Part shown: positions 41,701 through 53,100 of the stretch, in pieces
Layout: each line of letters begins with the position of its first letter
How positions within the stretch are numbered: the stretch's first letter is position 1
NCBI GenBank assembly: GCA_039028615.1
Contig: JBCCHT010000046.1
Span: forward strand, 31,192-95,191
DNA length: 64,000 nucleotides
Direction of reading: 5' to 3'
Origin: Myxococcota bacterium
GTDB lineage: Bacteria; Myxococcota_A; Polyangia; Nannocystales; Nannocystaceae
Made by a program: the position numbers and the translations under genes
The notes under the pieces: model-generated
What the model was told of the DNA's origin: nothing
Seen by the model: only the letters and a program-made list of their open reading frames with translations
Database searches by the model: none

Positions 41701-44700
41701 TCGAGACCCTCGAGGCTCAGCTCGATGCCACCGCCGACGTCGAGATGCAGATCGGCATCTACGACAAGATGGCGCAGGCCCTGGTCACGATGGCCGACGA
41801 CCGCGATCGGGCGGCCGAGGTTCTCGAGAAGATCGTGATGCTCGACCCGGCTCGCGATCAGACCTATCGCCAGCTCGAGGAGCTGTACGCTGGGCTCGAG
41901 AAGTGGACGGAGCTGGTCGAGACCTACCGCTCGCACATCTCCTCCAACGACGACCCGCAGCAGCAGACGCCGCTGCTGGCCGCGATGGGAGAGGTCTACG
42001 AGAAGCAGATCGAGGACGTCGATCGAGCCATCGAGACCTACCAGGAGATCCTCGAGATCGACCCGTACAACTATCAGGCGGCGGACACCCTCAGCCAGCT
42101 GCAGGAGCGCATCGAGGACTGGCCCTCGGCCATCGAGACGCTCTCGCGCCTGGCCGAGATGACCACCGACATGAACCACAAGACCGACCTGCTCACGCGG
42201 ACCGGTCGGGTTCTGCACCAGAAGCTCAGCAGCCCCGAGGACGCCGAGCTACGCCTGACCCAGGCGCTGGACATCAACCCGGGTCACGTGCCCGCGATGG
42301 TGCTGCTGGCCGAGATCTACAAGGAGCGCTCCGACTGGCTGAAGGCCTCGCGCGTGCTCGAGCAGGCCTCGGACTACGCCCAGAACCACATCGAGAAGAC
42401 GAGCCTCGCGGCCGAGGCGGCGTTCATCAACTTCGAGGAGCTCGACGACGAGAACAAGGCCGTCGATCTGTTCGGCAAGACCCTGCAGCTCGACCCCGAG
42501 CACGCGAAGGTCGGGCAGGTGCTGGCGGGCATCCTCTACGAGCGTGAGGACTTCGCCGGGGCCGATCCCATCTACGACATGCTGTCGCGCAAGGTCGACC
42601 AGCTCGAGCTGGACCCGGACGAGCAGCGCGACCTGTACCTGCAGGCGGCCAAGGTCGCTCGCTCGCTCGGCAACGCCGACAAGGCGCTCAAGCAGTACAA
42701 GCGCGCGTACGACATCGACTCGACCAACCATGAGGTCTTGTCGGGCATGGCGGACCTGCTCTTCGAGCGCCAGGACTGGGAGCGAGCCTTCAAGCTCTAC
42801 CAGACCATCCTGGTCCAGCACCGCGACACGCAGTCCGACGAGGACACGGTTCGGGTCTACTTCCGGCTGGGTACCATCAAGAACCAGCAGGCCGAGCCCC
42901 GGAAGGCGCTCAACTACCTCGAGAAGGCGCTCGAGGTCGATCCGCACCACAACGAGACGCTGGTCGCGATCATCAACCTCCAGGCCCAGGCGGGCGACTG
43001 GGAGGGCGTGATCCAGGCCAAGCGAGCCCTGGTCGACATCACCCTCGAGGGCGACTCCAAGTTCGCGCTCTACAAGGACATCGGTGAGCTCTACGTCGAC
43101 AAGCTGAGCAACCGGGACAAGGCCGCCGAGGCGTACCAGCAAGCGCTGGACATCAACCCCGACGACTACCCGCTGCTGCACACCCTGCTCGACCTGTACA
43201 CCAGCGCCAAGCGCTGGGAGAAGGCGGTGCACACCATCGACCGCATCGTCGAGGTCGAGGAGAACCCCAAGCGTCGGAGCCGCTACCACTACACCGCGGC
43301 GGTGCTCTTGCGCGACGAGCTGGGGGCGCTCGACGAGTCGATCGATCGCTTCAACATGGTGTTGGACGACGATCCGGGCATGCTCAAGGCGTTCCAGGCG
43401 ATCGACACCCTGGTCACCAAGAACAAGGAATGGAAGACGCTCGAGCGGTCCTACCGCAAGATGCTCAAGCGCCTGCCGCCCGACGGCAACGACCCGCTCA
43501 AGATCACCCTGTGGAACAACCTCGCGGAGATCTATCGAACGCGTCTGCGCGACTTCAAGTCGGCGGTGGCGGCCTTCGATGTGGCGGCGAAGCTCGATCC
43601 GGGCAACGTCGAGCGGCACATCAAGATGGCCGAGCTGTACGAGCGGCTCCTGGTCGACGACCCCAACGAGTACGTCGAGGCGGCGGTGCGGGAGCACCAG
43701 ATCCTCATCGCCAACGAGCCGTTCCGCTACGAGAGCTACCACTCGCTGTTCAACATCTATAACAACGCGCAGCAGGTCGATAAGGCGTTCTGCGTGGCGT
43801 CGGTGCTGAACTTCCTGAAGAAGGCCACCCCCGAGGAGGAGGCCTACTTCGAGCGTCACCGCCGGACGGACTTCCAGATGGCGCGTCAGCGCCTGAGCGA
43901 GGACACCCTGCGGCGTCACGTGTTCCACCCCGACCAGGACCTGTACCTGACCGGTATCTTGGGACTCATCGCTCCGGCCGTGGCCGGGTGGCGGGCGGTG
44001 GAGCTGCCCGGCAGCCTCAACAGCAACGAGCGCATCGACATCTCCGTCGATCCCTCGCTGTTCTCGCGCATGACGAAGTACGTCAAGGACGTGCTCAACG
44101 TGGCTCAGCCGGACGTATTCCTGCGGCCCAACGACATGGGCGACCTCGCCTTGATGAACATCAAGCGCGACAACCAGCTGCACCCCACGCTGGTGGTGTT
44201 CCAGAACCTGCTGCGGGGCAAGGCCGAGCCGCACCTGGCGTTCGCGCTGGGTCGCTACATGATGGACCTGTACCTGCCGCACTTCTGCTTCATCGCGCTG
44301 GAGCGCTCGCCTCAGGCCCTCAAGCAGGTCTTCATGGCCTGCCTGCACGGGGTGGGGCTGCCGGTCCAAGGCGACGTTGCGGCGCTCGACCAGATCTCCC
44401 GCGAGATCTTCGGCCGCATGCAGCCCGCCGCGAAGGACCAGCTTCGCAGCCTCCTGCAGAAGTTCATCGAGGCGGGCGGCTCGACCGACGTCAAGCGCTG
44501 GGCGGCGGCCTCCGAGCTCACTGCCTACCGCGTGGGCTTGCTGCTGTCGGGTGACCTCCGCGTCGCCGGCCAGATGATCTCGCAGGAGCAGGCGCCGCTG
44601 GGCGTGGGCACCACGATGTCGCCTCGCGACAAGATCAAGGAGCTCGTGCTCTACAGCATCAGCGAGGACTACTTCACCGCTCGCCGGGCGGTGGGTCTCA

Positions 44701-44711
44701 ACGCCAGCTAG
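32793..44711 (+). CDS. gltI: Giant acidic cytoplasmic TPR protein GltI/AgmK-like (3972 aa)
   Basis: No signal peptide; dozens of ..AIE.Y..IL..DP.N..AL.AL.RLY...E.W..L repeats; C-terminal [26 protein letters not shown]; synteny downstream of gltG. Confidence 0.8.
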   Translation: MELTQRIKQRLREVDDWTALLDELQAEAEAVDDKAEQSKAFFELAHACETFFLDKARAMDSYQRAFKLDQRNVAALRHARLIYQEMGHLQMVTKLMGLELKLNQDGGLLPSLNYDLGCALLNQGKIDEAKQMLGVAAGADPEYAARFQETMYDRGAWQEALEAIYDQLCDQTGEDDPLGANVVGKGPELAAHYLRAARILQQESPEDERLLPLLFKTLDADPSNNEAGFIAEVLLAEGGHLQHVQKLQDRRVANIEEPTRKVDMLRHFAHVWQVRLNNPEMAAYFHHQALDLAYTDGTFGSGDGSWHVAAFRALVENGDADNLVSLAQRGLMVIEDTTDAALVGLQAGALAWRQFNDVDTARSFFVQAFEIAPQHPVIRSFLDEVGPLDTGVPADAAADEAAAPVPDPVAVAEEPEPEVAAEPEPEPEAEVAAEPEPEPEAAEPEPEPEAEVAAEPEPEPEAAEPEPEAEVAAEPEPEPEVAAEPEPEPEPEVAAEPEPEPEPEPAAEPVSLGDEEFTPEQMALIEKAQELDKKGGKRAMDAWRDACNKMPDKVYPRQHLKQLYVDANKWSNVADLLKDQLKHIPEDRLDEREAIWWELVELYRERLRQPGLVVTTLAALEKALDAAGETERLLKVVETQQQQFETMKRWPDLIGRIRRRAELIEDPEQRKELHLQAGNLFLDKFNNQAEAIKSFEAVLADDEYNVVAITKLKELYQRRRDWEKMLSVQQKELALIDDPEERKTQLLEVARTAGAKIKKPAIAIQLWSQVIELDPDNVEALGHLEHMQEREKSWPNLANTLERLVEVTEDEGERSKYLVKLGLLYSDKLKDNSAAIRTWEKLHELDGSNRRAQDALKKLYLAEGDMDSLETFYAKQDKWSEFIRVLERESDGAEGEQRTSLLLKIADLYKEKLGKPDRAVRALEKALADDGNNLTVAEKLIELYEEAGDERHISPPLQIKLGHTEDPVERQELLRRLADLSERIGNDQTQAFEYYRTAFEEEHTAEDARENLERLAEALSSWGELAKALEGAIEKYGSDPDSLPLRLKVAQVHEQQLADLDAALAANKAILEIDPEQTTALESLERLYLALGREEDLLNVLSTKLSLAEDDEEKRATQTRIGSIHEQLGHSDDAIEAYQAVLATGVEDPTVLAALDRMYLSLERWADLADILRRELDIREEEDVEGRSELLLRLGILQQEKLDNPREAVELLRQVLELQPDHDDARQRLETWLDHEELKVDVATILLPVYEGAESWPDLVRCLGIQADAQEDVYQRGELLLRMGAIQAQNLADSEGAFGTYARAFRDDPQNETAQQALENIAGIEERWQDFADLFEEAVTKDLPSDLMLALLHKLAVLYDGQLGNSERAIACYERASDIDPGNTEALDALEALYTREENWAKLLDVYRAKVDLFDDPGEREGLRFQIARLQEEMLAQSTEAIVTYNEILADDDANLTAITALDRLYLASEAWSELAENLSRQLALSEDAVQQVELNLRLGELRLQRIDQPGLAVETYSQVLELDPTNETALAALESLLENEDHQLSVAKILEPNYRAANDWAKLIVSYEIMVKHSLDPSEKIGLLHQIGELYEIAGEEPDKAFEAYGRALKENAASEETQGRLDRLATQMGTYAEMVALYEEVVDDVVDDQLRVQILTKVAQTYETSIGDTEQAAASYEKILEIEPSNFEAIDALINVHRSTNGFEALVAAVVRKSEMVENAEDQKELLIYAAGIREGVMEDPAGAIELYQQVLTIDDSEARALDALVKLYIQLENWEKLKDVYQRQSELAEDPDERRRALFVLGQVYDTELQDIERAIDTYQQILDLDPADYEAISALDRLYGQAERWLDQLQILERAVEAAASQDEQTAIRFRIGGLWEEKLGDMVRAIEAYRDVLEHDYSHTPTIEALDRIVHGDNEPMAAAQVLAPLYEQLAEWELLVDIFNVMVTHTEDPIAKIERLHQVAGIYERQLGEFDKAFDAYARALETDPQSEQTVEELHRLAETTQDWDKFAALLTDQAEKVLDPLTKVQMLLRLASIYEQRLGNVDQAVTHYLEILEADPENTEAIEALDRIFTHLERWPELVENLRRQITITANEEDMIALYFRMGQIYQINMTQAAPAIEAYREILNIDPSQSHTLEALELIFAEGEHQNEIAEILEPIYYSSERWDALVKLGEVKLEATEDTVERLSVIQNVAEICERRLGDVEQAYLWWLRAYIDDPVSEQVSEELERLAEVTQQWSHIVDIGDQILEDNPPPEIRQFVLLRSAKVLDEKMGDAQRAIEAYRNVLEGEAEHAGALEALDRIYTTHGMAQDLAEILQRRIRITMDGEVLVALEVRLAEVYEQHLGNADQAIAAYNRALENDPQNSHALERLEALYLVQYRWEELFDTYQKMVDVANTDEDMAGCYQRMAKLASETLDREADGIDLWNRVLDLRGEDPLALGELASLHEQAERWDELVEILERQVYVIDEPAGRIGAYQTLGRVYGDRLDRDRDALAAWLNALDLDDSNVETLQALHKIYETNQAWVELIEILERLLAVGAEHLQADEQRELYAKVGRIQGEYLMAPDKAIEAWHRVLELNPGDMEALAALEDLYSQEARWNEAITVLESKVSVLQDNDSKIDVLMQIASIWEERLEDKMQAAGAYQEILENDAGHHAAYEALEAIYRDTEDWASLVELLINWAETLEDRDDKVQRLQAAAQVSEEHLEDQDMAFAMLQAAFNVDYANDVTARELERIATEAGKWTDLLNEYNGLVQNIDDPLERCELWVKIGRWYGEHLQRPDYGIQSLEKALELNPESVSALRELASFHRRAESWPELAEVLGRIVPLEQEPLDQAQTLLDLAQVQEERLGDIDGAVESYRRVLEIDSDSLVALDALIRLHEVQGAWLDQVQVLSRRAAICEEIEEGIALKKRVGYVQEANLQDTAAAIETYKDILAQEPTDFDALQALERLYLGGNQVDDYLETLEAQLDATADVEMQIGIYDKMAQALVTMADDRDRAAEVLEKIVMLDPARDQTYRQLEELYAGLEKWTELVETYRSHISSNDDPQQQTPLLAAMGEVYEKQIEDVDRAIETYQEILEIDPYNYQAADTLSQLQERIEDWPSAIETLSRLAEMTTDMNHKTDLLTRTGRVLHQKLSSPEDAELRLTQALDINPGHVPAMVLLAEIYKERSDWLKASRVLEQASDYAQNHIEKTSLAAEAAFINFEELDDENKAVDLFGKTLQLDPEHAKVGQVLAGILYEREDFAGADPIYDMLSRKVDQLELDPDEQRDLYLQAAKVARSLGNADKALKQYKRAYDIDSTNHEVLSGMADLLFERQDWERAFKLYQTILVQHRDTQSDEDTVRVYFRLGTIKNQQAEPRKALNYLEKALEVDPHHNETLVAIINLQAQAGDWEGVIQAKRALVDITLEGDSKFALYKDIGELYVDKLSNRDKAAEAYQQALDINPDDYPLLHTLLDLYTSAKRWEKAVHTIDRIVEVEENPKRRSRYHYTAAVLLRDELGALDESIDRFNMVLDDDPGMLKAFQAIDTLVTKNKEWKTLERSYRKMLKRLPPDGNDPLKITLWNNLAEIYRTRLRDFKSAVAAFDVAAKLDPGNVERHIKMAELYERLLVDDPNEYVEAAVREHQILIANEPFRYESYHSLFNIYNNAQQVDKAFCVASVLNFLKKATPEEEAYFERHRRTDFQMARQRLSEDTLRRHVFHPDQDLYLTGILGLIAPAVAGWRAVELPGSLNSNERIDISVDPSLFSRMTKYVKDVLNVAQPDVFLRPNDMGDLALMNIKRDNQLHPTLVVFQNLLRGKAEPHLAFALGRYMMDLYLPHFCFIALERSPQALKQVFMACLHGVGLPVQGDVAALDQISREIFGRMQPAAKDQLRSLLQKFIEAGGSTDVKRWAAASELTAYRVGLLLSGDLRVAGQMISQEQAPLGVGTTMSPRDKIKELVLYSISEDYFTARRAVGLNAS
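34030..34318 (+). repeat. Intragenic tandem repeat encoding (EVAA)(EP)n in gltI
   Basis: About 9 imperfect copies of units such as GAGGTCGCGGCCGAGCCGGAGCCC... Confidence 0.9.
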
Positions 44712-44783
44712 GCGAAGACGCTCCCTCTCGGGAGCCGAGCAAGAGGGGAGCCCGCGGTCACGCTGGCTCCCCTTTGTCGTTGG

Positions 44784-46529
44784 CTACTCGCGGAGCTTGG
44801 CGATCGCCGTACGGGCGGTGAGCACCGAGAGCTGGTACTTGGGCGGCAGCCCCTCTCGTTTTGCCTCGTCGAGCACGTGCTGCAGGGTGTCGGCGCAGGC
44901 CTGGCAGCGGGTGTCGTCGAGCATGTGACCGGTGAGCCACGCCATGGTCACGCGGGCGTCGGGGTCCTCGACCGCGTAGGCGCGAGCAATCTGAAGCGCG
45001 ACGTCGGCATCGCCGGGCGCGAGCCGGGCGGCGTTCATGGCCGCGACTTCACGGGCGAACCAGGGTTGCTCGGGGTCGGCGAGCACCGACGAGTAGCAGG
45101 GCAGGTCGGTCCCACAGCGCCGCAGCACGGCGATGCCCGAGTCCCACTGGGCGGTGTGCTTGGCGACGTCCTTGGAGCGGTTGGCGGACTTGATGGCCGC
45201 CTCGATCTGCGCCAGCTGCCCCGGCTCGACGGCGAGCAAGGCATGTCGCGCGGCCTCCCAGCGGATCTCCAGCTCGAACTCGGGACCGACCACCGTATCG
45301 GGGTGATAGCGGCCGCGGCGGATGACCCGAGCGAGGCAGGACGACGCCTCCGAGCCTCCGATGCGGCTGAGGGCCTCGGTGATGGGGTACAGCTCACCCG
45401 GCTCGCGCGAGGTCTTGGCGCAGCGGCATAGTGGATCCACGGCTCGCTCGTCACCGATGAGCCCCAGCGCGTTGGCGTACCACGCTCGACTCTGCGCCTT
45501 CCAGCTGTCGTCGTCCTCGTCGGGGGCGCTTTGCGTGCGCCGAGAGCCGCAGTCGTCATCGGGCATGGCCTCGATGAGGCCGGTCGCCGCCGAGGGGGAG
45601 CCGATCGCTCCCAGGGTCATCACCGCGGCCATGCTACCGAGAGGAGCTTGGATGCCGTGGCGTCGCAGGAGCTCGTTGAGGTCTTTGTTCTCCCCGCGCA
45701 GCGCTCCGAGCAGAGGCTCCACCGCGGGCTCGCCGATGGAGGCCAGCGCCATCTTGGAGCGCTCGGTGACGCTGGTGGTCGTGGGTACGTCGGGGATGCT
45801 GTAGGGCACGAGGATGAGGCCCTGCACCGCCGCCGGATCACGGATGAGCCCCAGGGCGTCCGTGGCCCGGCGGTGCACGGCGACGGGCTGGGTCTCGACC
45901 GGCTGCTTCAGCACCTCGAGCAGAACGGGCACCGAGCTTCGATCGCGCAGCGCGATCATGGCTTCGATGAGCGCCAGCCGCTGTGCACCCGGCTGCTGGA
46001 CTCGATCGGCCGTGGGGTGCTCGAGGAACCACGCCATGGCCGCGTGCACGGTGGGGAGCGAGGCGGTCGCCCGCGTCTGCGCCACGCTGCGCGCCGCGAC
46101 GTCGAACTCCTCGAGGGGGCTGGGAATCTCGTCGACGGTCAGGGCTCGATTCCAGATCGGCGCCGCGCCGGGATCACCCACCGTCTCGAAGAGCCGCAAG
46201 ATCGGCAGCCGAAGCTCGGGGAAGTCGTCCCACAGCTTCAGCATGGCCGGCACCGCCTCGGCCACCAGGGCCGAGCGCTCGCTGTCCGTCGCCTGGCCGA
46301 AGCGGTCGGCGACCTCGATGAGCGCGCCGACGCAGGACTCCGGATCGCGCATCTCGGTGAGCAGCTCGGGAAACTCGAGCGCGCCGTAGTCCGGCTTGGC
46401 CTTGGCGGTCTCGTCCGCAGCCGCCGTGGGCTCGGGGACGGTGGCTTCGGGAGCAGGGGCCTTGCAACCGAGCACGAGCAGCGCGGCCGCCCATAGCCAT
46501 CGCGGGCCACGGTCTCGGCCGTGGGTCAT
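44784..46529 (-). CDS. HEAT-repeat lipoprotein
   Basis: Lipobox LVLGC; HEAT-like repeats (ALGLIRDPAAV, ALASIGEPAVEPLL, ALGLIGDERAVDPL). ATGA overlap with the upstream gene. Confidence 0.8.
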   Translation of the reverse strand: MTHGRDRGPRWLWAAALLVLGCKAPAPEATVPEPTAAADETAKAKPDYGALEFPELLTEMRDPESCVGALIEVADRFGQATDSERSALVAEAVPAMLKLWDDFPELRLPILRLFETVGDPGAAPIWNRALTVDEIPSPLEEFDVAARSVAQTRATASLPTVHAAMAWFLEHPTADRVQQPGAQRLALIEAMIALRDRSSVPVLLEVLKQPVETQPVAVHRRATDALGLIRDPAAVQGLILVPYSIPDVPTTTSVTERSKMALASIGEPAVEPLLGALRGENKDLNELLRRHGIQAPLGSMAAVMTLGAIGSPSAATGLIEAMPDDDCGSRRTQSAPDEDDDSWKAQSRAWYANALGLIGDERAVDPLCRCAKTSREPGELYPITEALSRIGGSEASSCLARVIRRGRYHPDTVVGPEFELEIRWEAARHALLAVEPGQLAQIEAAIKSANRSKDVAKHTAQWDSGIAVLRRCGTDLPCYSSVLADPEQPWFAREVAAMNAARLAPGDADVALQIARAYAVEDPDARVTMAWLTGHMLDDTRCQACADTLQHVLDEAKREGLPPKYQLSVLTARTAIAKLRE

Positions 46530-47512
46530 GAATCGTCTTGCTTGCCGCCGAACCACTCGCTGGGGTCCCATTCGATCTCACCATAACCGGGAAAGCCCCA
46601 GCCGGCACCACCGCAGGTCTGCACGACGAGGGTCGACCCGGCCGGGAGCGGGACATCGACCCACGGCTCGACGCGCTGGCGACCGGTGAGATCCGAGGGC
46701 TCGATGTGAACGAGGGTGCCCTGCGGCGGCCCGGCGCGATCGATGCCATGCGGAGGGTTGATCACCCGGTCGAACACGAGGCGCGCAACGAGACTTCGTT
46801 TGGTGCGATAGCGACGGATGATCCCGTGGCCGCCGTCATGCTTGCCCGTGCCCCCCGAGCCCGTCCGTGGCTCGCCATCGATCGAGACGCCCTCCACGGT
46901 GGGCGGAGGGTCCCAGGGGCTCGCCACGATCGGTCCCGCCCACGCGCTACGGCCCGGGCCCTTCGGCGTGCCTCCTTCGCCGCCGGGCAGAACCTCGGTG
47001 AGCACGACCCCGTTGCCGTCGCTCAGCTGGACCATCGCGCCCACGCTGCACGAGCCCGCGCCGACCTTGCCCGGCCACGCGTTGGCGAGGGCTCCGAGCG
47101 CGGCGTCGAAGGTGCGGGCCATGCCCAGGGCGATGGCCGCGGGATCGGAGGCGTCGGCGCCCCCGACCCAGGTGCTCGGGTCGGTCAGCAGCTCGATGCG
47201 GTCGCGCCAGGCGGTGGTCGGCTCTCGGTGAAGCGCGGTGCCCAGCGCCAGCAGGCAGGCATCGAGCGCCCGTGCCGGGCCGAGCCCCAGCGGGCAGTCG
47301 GTCCCCGGCTCGTCGCTGTCGCGCAGGTCGATGCAGTAGCCGCCGCCGTCTCGATCGGTCAGCCGCACCCGCACCCCGAGCCGCCGTCCGCCCGGGAGCG
47401 CGATGTCGTCGGAGAACGAGTGGCCGCCCCGACCGATGCGAGGCCAGGGCTCCCCGGCGTCGCTCGCTACCGGCAACGTGGGCAGGCGATCGCGAAGCGC
47501 CGAGAAGCTCAT
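46526..47512 (-). CDS. Hydantoinase B/5-oxoprolinase-like protein, short and divergent
   Basis: EVLPGGEGG, GSGGTGKHDGGHGIIRRY, PPHG, VVQTCGGAGWG match the HyuB/OplB C-terminal pattern. Confidence 0.65.
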   Translation of the reverse strand: MSFSALRDRLPTLPVASDAGEPWPRIGRGGHSFSDDIALPGGRRLGVRVRLTDRDGGGYCIDLRDSDEPGTDCPLGLGPARALDACLLALGTALHREPTTAWRDRIELLTDPSTWVGGADASDPAAIALGMARTFDAALGALANAWPGKVGAGSCSVGAMVQLSDGNGVVLTEVLPGGEGGTPKGPGRSAWAGPIVASPWDPPPTVEGVSIDGEPRTGSGGTGKHDGGHGIIRRYRTKRSLVARLVFDRVINPPHGIDRAGPPQGTLVHIEPSDLTGRQRVEPWVDVPLPAGSTLVVQTCGGAGWGFPGYGEIEWDPSEWFGGKQDDS

Positions 47513-47546
47513 CGGGCGCAGTATGCCGTGGCCGACGAGGCCCGGG

Positions 47547-49175
47547 CTACTCGGTGCGAACGGCCTGGGTGGACCGCGAGCTGGTCGACTCGTCGGGCAC
47601 CCCGGTGGCGCAGAAGATCTCGAGCGCCTGGGACTTGCCCTTGACCTTCACTGCCTCGCGGGGCTCGACGATGATGTCGTCGCAGACCAGCGCCTTGGTG
47701 TACTCGCTGATCACGACCTCGCCGGCCTTGGCCACGCTGCACAGCCGTGAGGCGATGTTCACCGGGTCGCCGATGACCGTGTACTGGAGCGTGCGCGAGG
47801 AGCCGATGGCGCCCGCGATGACCGGCCCGGTGTTGATGCCGATGCCCACGTGAATGGGCTCTTGGCCGTTGGCGTGCCGGGTGCGGTTGAACTCTTCGAG
47901 GGCGCGCTGCATCTCGAGGCCGCAGCGGACGGCCCGCAGCGGCGCGTCGGGGATGGCCACGGGGGCGCCGAAGAGCCCGATGACCTCGTCGCCGACGTAC
48001 TTGTCGAGCGTGCCGCCGTGGGCGAAGAGCACGTCGACCATCATCTCGAAGTACTCGTTGAGCGTCTTGACCATCGACTCGGGCGGCGTCCGCTCGCTCA
48101 TTGAGGTGAAGCCGCGGATGTCGGCGAAGAGCATGGTGACCGGGCGCTTGGTGCCGCCCTGGTCGAGCTGGAGGTTGCCTTTGACGATCTGGTCGACGAG
48201 GTTGGGCGAGAGCAGGCGCTGGAACTCGGCCCGCGTGGCCGCCTCGCGCTCGATCTTCTTGGCCAGCCGATGGTTCTCGATGGCGATGGCGGCCTGGGTC
48301 GCGATGCCCTGGAACAGCTGGAGGTCTTTTTCGGCGAAGGCCCCGCTGGCGAGCATGGAGTCCATGTGCATGGCGCCGACCAGGTTGTCGCCGTGCAGCA
48401 GCGGCACGGTCATGGTCGAGCGAATGCCCTGCATGATGATGCTCTTGGCCGCCTTGAAGCGCTCGTCGAGCATGGCGTCGGAGCTGAGCACGGCCTTCTT
48501 GTTGTTCTTGACCTCGTCGAGCACGCTGCTCGACAGCTTGATCGACTCGCCCTCGCGCTTGGTCCGCAGGTAGCGGGGCTCGAGGGTGTCGGTCTCGGGC
48601 TCGTAGAGCAGGATGACCGCGCGGTCGGCTTTGATGATCGCGAAGGTCTCGTCGACGATCTGCTGGAGCAGGACGTCGAGGTCGGACTCGATGGAGAGCT
48701 TGTTGGACAGCTCGTGCGCGATTCGGAGCTTCTCGTAGTCGATCTTCAGCGCTTCGATGTCGCTGATCTCGGCGACCGGTAGAAATCGCGCAGAGGCGTC
48801 GAGCCGGCTGCGGACCTGGCTCTGCACCAGGGCTTCCTCGGCCATGGTGACGTTGCGAAGGCGGCTGCGCTGGGCGACCTGGTGCTGCTCGTCGTCCTCG
48901 AAGCGAAGGACGGTATTGCCCAGCGTGATCTGGTCGCCGGTGCTGAGCGGCTTCTCGCTGATGCGCTCGCCGTTGACGTAGCTGCCGTTGAGGCTGCCCG
49001 TGTCGCGCAGCACATAGCCGCCGGTCGGTGCCCGCACGATGCGGCAGTGCTCTTTCGACACGATGCGATCGAGCACCTGGACCGTGTTGTCAGGATGACG
49101 ACCGATCGTGTTGAAGGCGGCGAGGGGATATTCAGGAGGTCCCTCTCCGCTGACCAGGATCAGCCGCGCAGTCAT
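47547..49175 (-). CDS. Class III adenylate cyclase with FHA and GAF domains
   Basis: FHA (IGRHPDN..VSKEH..GSLNGSYVNG); GAF (SIIMQGIRSTMTVPL); cyclase motifs FADIRGFT, DKYVGD, YTVIGDPVNIASRL. Confidence 0.93.
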   Translation of the reverse strand: MTARLILVSGEGPPEYPLAAFNTIGRHPDNTVQVLDRIVSKEHCRIVRAPTGGYVLRDTGSLNGSYVNGERISEKPLSTGDQITLGNTVLRFEDDEQHQVAQRSRLRNVTMAEEALVQSQVRSRLDASARFLPVAEISDIEALKIDYEKLRIAHELSNKLSIESDLDVLLQQIVDETFAIIKADRAVILLYEPETDTLEPRYLRTKREGESIKLSSSVLDEVKNNKKAVLSSDAMLDERFKAAKSIIMQGIRSTMTVPLLHGDNLVGAMHMDSMLASGAFAEKDLQLFQGIATQAAIAIENHRLAKKIEREAATRAEFQRLLSPNLVDQIVKGNLQLDQGGTKRPVTMLFADIRGFTSMSERTPPESMVKTLNEYFEMMVDVLFAHGGTLDKYVGDEVIGLFGAPVAIPDAPLRAVRCGLEMQRALEEFNRTRHANGQEPIHVGIGINTGPVIAGAIGSSRTLQYTVIGDPVNIASRLCSVAKAGEVVISEYTKALVCDDIIVEPREAVKVKGKSQALEIFCATGVPDESTSSRSTQAVRTE

Positions 49176-49424
49176 CACTGAAACGTCGAAAACGACTGTA
49201 GGCGACGACCCGGCTTCGATCAACATGCGGCCGAAAAGACCGTGTGTACGGTCACGAGTCTGGGTGCGCAGGGTAAGGTCCCGCCCACTCCGCCGCCCTG
49301 GACGGCCTTCCCGCGGTCTGTTGCACCCGATCGACGCCAGGACGACGTCACCGATCGATGCGGCTCGGGGAGGGACACCCGGGGCTCTAGCGGAGGAGCG
49401 CGGGGGCGATGGCCACCCGAGCGG

Positions 49425-49829
49425 CTAGTTGACGACGAGCACGTGCTCGAGCTCGTAGGTGCTTTCGGTGGGTTTCACGACGCCGAAGGGCCACTCCACC
49501 CATGCCGAATACACCACCCCCAGCCGGACTTCCTTGCCCTCGATCTCGATCCAGGTCTCGATGTCGGGGTCGTTGATGCCCAAGCCCCGGATCTTGTTCT
49601 GCATCTTGCGACGCAGGCCATCCAGCTCCCGCTTCTCCTTGCTGTAGTGCGCGGTGCGATGGGACAGCTCCGAGCCGGTCTCCTCCAGCACCCGGTATGC
49701 CTCGTGACGCATGAAATACAGCGGGGCGTACTGGTAGGTGGCGTAGCCAGCGAGCAGCACCAGCGCCAGCAAGGTCACGCTGACCGGGTTGATGCGGCGA
49801 GGTTTCTTGTACTTGATGGGGGTCGCCAT
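49425..49829 (-). CDS. Small single-pass membrane protein (DUF4845-like fold possible)
   Basis: Basic N-terminus, one TM (VSVTLLALVLLAGYATY), helical then beta C-terminal region. Confidence 0.6.
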   Translation of the reverse strand: MATPIKYKKPRRINPVSVTLLALVLLAGYATYQYAPLYFMRHEAYRVLEETGSELSHRTAHYSKEKRELDGLRRKMQNKIRGLGINDPDIETWIEIEGKEVRLGVVYSAWVEWPFGVVKPTESTYELEHVLVVN

Positions 49830-50170
49830 GGGCTTCGGCGGGGTCTGGCCGGATGCGGGCCGCGGGCGCGGGGCAGGGCGGGCGCAGGGCCTCCAGCATA
49901 GCAGCCGCCGGTCGACGGCCACCGCCGAGCATGCGGGTCTGGCATGCGTCCGGCGGCATCTATTGGGGCGTAATCAATCATTTGAGGGCCTCGGGGCGAG
50001 GTGCACTCGCCGGGCCGAGGCCTCGGATCTCGGGGTCGGCAAACGCTTGCCGAGGGGCTCGGCGCCGGGGCGTGTCCGTGCCGCCAGGGCCGTCTGGGTG
50101 TCGTACCTCGCCCCGCCGGGGTCATGGAGCTTTGCGGGGCTCGCCGCTATGATCCCGGCGCAGCTTTTTC

Positions 50171-53100
50171 GTGCACTACTTGCCTGCATACGTCGCGCTC
50201 GAGCGGTGGGCCGCAACGCGCCGCGTGGTGGTGGTTGCGCCCACGGACTCGGTGGGTCCGCGTCGCTTGCTCGACGCGGGTGCGCGCGGGGTCATCGTGG
50301 TGGGCGGTGAGCTGCCGCCCATCCCCGGAACCGAGCGCTACCAGGGCGTGCCGACCCTGCCCGTCGGCGACGCGACCATCGACATGGTGTTGTGCGTCGA
50401 GGCCTACGCCACGCTGGCGCCCGAGCCTCGGCGTCAGCTGCTGCGCGAGGCCTACCGGGTGCTGCGTCCGGGGGGATTGTTCGCGAGCTGGATCCGGCAC
50501 CCGCCTGGCCCCGACGACCAGATCGACTTCTGGACGCTCGAGGAGGAGCTCGGCACCGTCTTCGAGCGCACGTACATGATGGCCCAGATGCCGTGGCGCG
50601 GCTTCAGCCTGGCGCCCGTGCTCGATGTGGAGCAGACCTCGGCGCCCGCGCTGACGCTCGACGAAGGCCTGCTCGACGAGCCGCCCGAGGCCTCGCACTA
50701 CCTGGCGGTGTCGTTCCGGCAGCGGCCTTCGGCCAAGCTCATCGAGCGGCTCACGGCCGAGTGCTTGCTGGTCCCGCTGCCCGATCCCGAGGTCGAGCCG
50801 GAGCCCAAGCCCGAACCCGAGCCGGCCGCCAACCAAGAAGCGGACGTCGACGTGGTGTCGACGCAGCCCATCACCACCGTGCCGCGTGAAGTCCTGCTGA
50901 TCGCCACGGCGGAGAAGAACACCCTCAAAAAGCAGCTCGACGAGCTCAAGGCGCGCGAGGCCGAGCTGGCCGAGCGACTCGAGACCTCGAACGCCGAGGT
51001 CATTCAGGCGCGCGCCGACGCGGCGGCGCTCGAGCGCAACCTCAACGCCCAGCGAGCGTCGGCGGAGGCCGAGAGCCACGCCAAGGTCGAGTCGCTCGAG
51101 CAGCGACTGGGTGAGCAGCTCGAGGCGGCTCGGGCCACGGCCAAGGCCGAGCGCAGCCGAGCGCGGGCGCTCCAAGAGGACCTGGGGCAGCGGATCAAGG
51201 CGCTGCAGACCGAGGTCTCCCAAACGCGGCAGCGCGCCCAGGCCCTGGACCAGGGTCTCGAGCAGCGCGTGGCGGTGCTGCACGAGCAGGCCGAGCAAGC
51301 TCGCGAGCGGGCCGACGTGCTCCAGAGCTCGCTGGCGGAGGCCCAAGACCTGGACCTGCCCGGTCAGCTCGACGCGCTACGCGGGGAGCTCGGCGATGCC
51401 CAGGCCGCGTACCAAGATGCGCAAGGGCAAGTCGACGAGCTCGAAGAGCAGCTGCGCACCAAGGCCACCGACCTCACCGTGCTCACGGCCACGGTCAAGG
51501 ATCTCGAGCAGTCGCTGGCCCGCATGAGCGAGCGGGTCGAGGCGCGTGCGCGCGAGCTCGAGACCCAGGCCACGGCGCGGGCCGAGCTGCAGCAGCGCTA
51601 CGACCACCTCGCTGAAGAGCGCGACGGCCTGACCCATCAGATCGAGGTGGCGATCGCCGAGCGGGAAGGAGTGCGGCAGCTCGCCGAGCGCTCGGAGGCC
51701 GAGCTGGAGCAGGCGCGGCGCCGCTACGCCGAGCAACAAGAGCTGCTCGCCGAGAAATCCCAGGAAGCGTCGCGCTTCTCCGGGGAGCTGCAGGTCCTGC
51801 GCGAGCGCCTGCAGCACCAGGAGGAGATGCTCGACCAGAGCCGCAGCCGGACCGAAGAGCTCACGGCGACTGCGGCCAAGGGACACGAGCAGGGGCGTAT
51901 GCTGGCCGAGGTCGCCCGCGATCGCGACCAGCTCCGCGAAGAGCTCAAGCGCCGCGCCGCCGAGATCGACACCCTCGAAGAGCGCCTGTGGACCACCCGC
52001 GAGGAGGTCCAAAAGGAGCGCCTCGACGGGGTGCGCCTGAGCGGAGAGATCGAGCGCGCCCGCGAGCAAGCCGAGCGCGCCCGCGAGGCCGAGCAGGCGC
52101 GCAACCAAGAACTCGAGCAGCTCGGCGGCGAGCTGCGACGCCTCGAGGTCGCCAAGGCCGAGGCCCAGGGGCTCCAGCACAGCCGCGAAGAAGAGATCGC
52201 CCGCCTGCGCCGCGACATGGAGACGATGTCGACCGAGTCGGCCGACATTGCCAGCCTGCGCGCCGACCTCCAGTCGCGAAGCCGCGAGATCGCCGACCTC
52301 ACGGGCAAGCTCGAGCAGGCCCGGGTCCGCGAGCAAGACGCGGTCGCCCAGGCCAAGCGTCGCGAGACCCAGCTCTCCGATGCGGGGGCCGAGCTCGAGC
52401 GCATGCGTCGCAGCACCGACGAGATGAACGGCGTGTCGGCGAGCCTCCAGAGCGAGCTCGACGTCAAGTCGCTCGAGGCGGAGCAGCTGGCCGCATCGGT
52501 GGCCGATCTGCAGCGCCAGCTCGAGGAAGTCCGCGGCGATCGTCGCAAGTCGGCGTCGAGCACCGAGCAGCTGCAGCGTCGGCTCGAGCTCGAGGCGGCC
52601 GAGCAAGAGGCCCTGCGACGGCGGCTGCGGGCGCGCGAGCAAGAGCTCGAGGACGTCGTCAACACCAACGAGTCGAGCGGGGTCGAGCTGTACAAGCTGC
52701 GGCGCGAGCTCGAGGCGGCGGCCCAGGCCAACGAAGCCCTCGAGGAGGCGCTCAAGCTCCAGCCCGGCGTGGAAGAGGGGCCGACCCTGCTGCAGGAGCA
52801 GCAGTGGCCCGAGGAGGCGATCTCCGAGATTCGCCGACTCAAGCGCATGATGGCCGAGCGCACCCGCCAGCACGCCGAGCAGCTGGCCCGGGTCGACGTC
52901 ATGGCCGACGCGGCCGAAGGCGGGGCGGACCTCGATGGCCAGCGCGCGCGCAACCTCGAGCGCGAGGTCCAGGTCCGGGCCGAAGAGCAGGAGCACATCC
53001 TCGGCCTGCTCGAGAGCGCCGAGCAGAAGATCTGGGAGATGACCGACGCCTCCGACCGCAACGCGGCTCGGCTCGCCGCGAGTCTCGCCCAGCTCGAGAA

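Noticed and set aside
37707..42218. 1503-aa antisense ORF and other long minus-strand ORFs over gltC-gltI, the FG-GAP gene, rimO and the coiled-coil gene
   Set aside because: Shadow ORFs caused by high GC3 bias on the opposite coding strand; no recognisable motifs.
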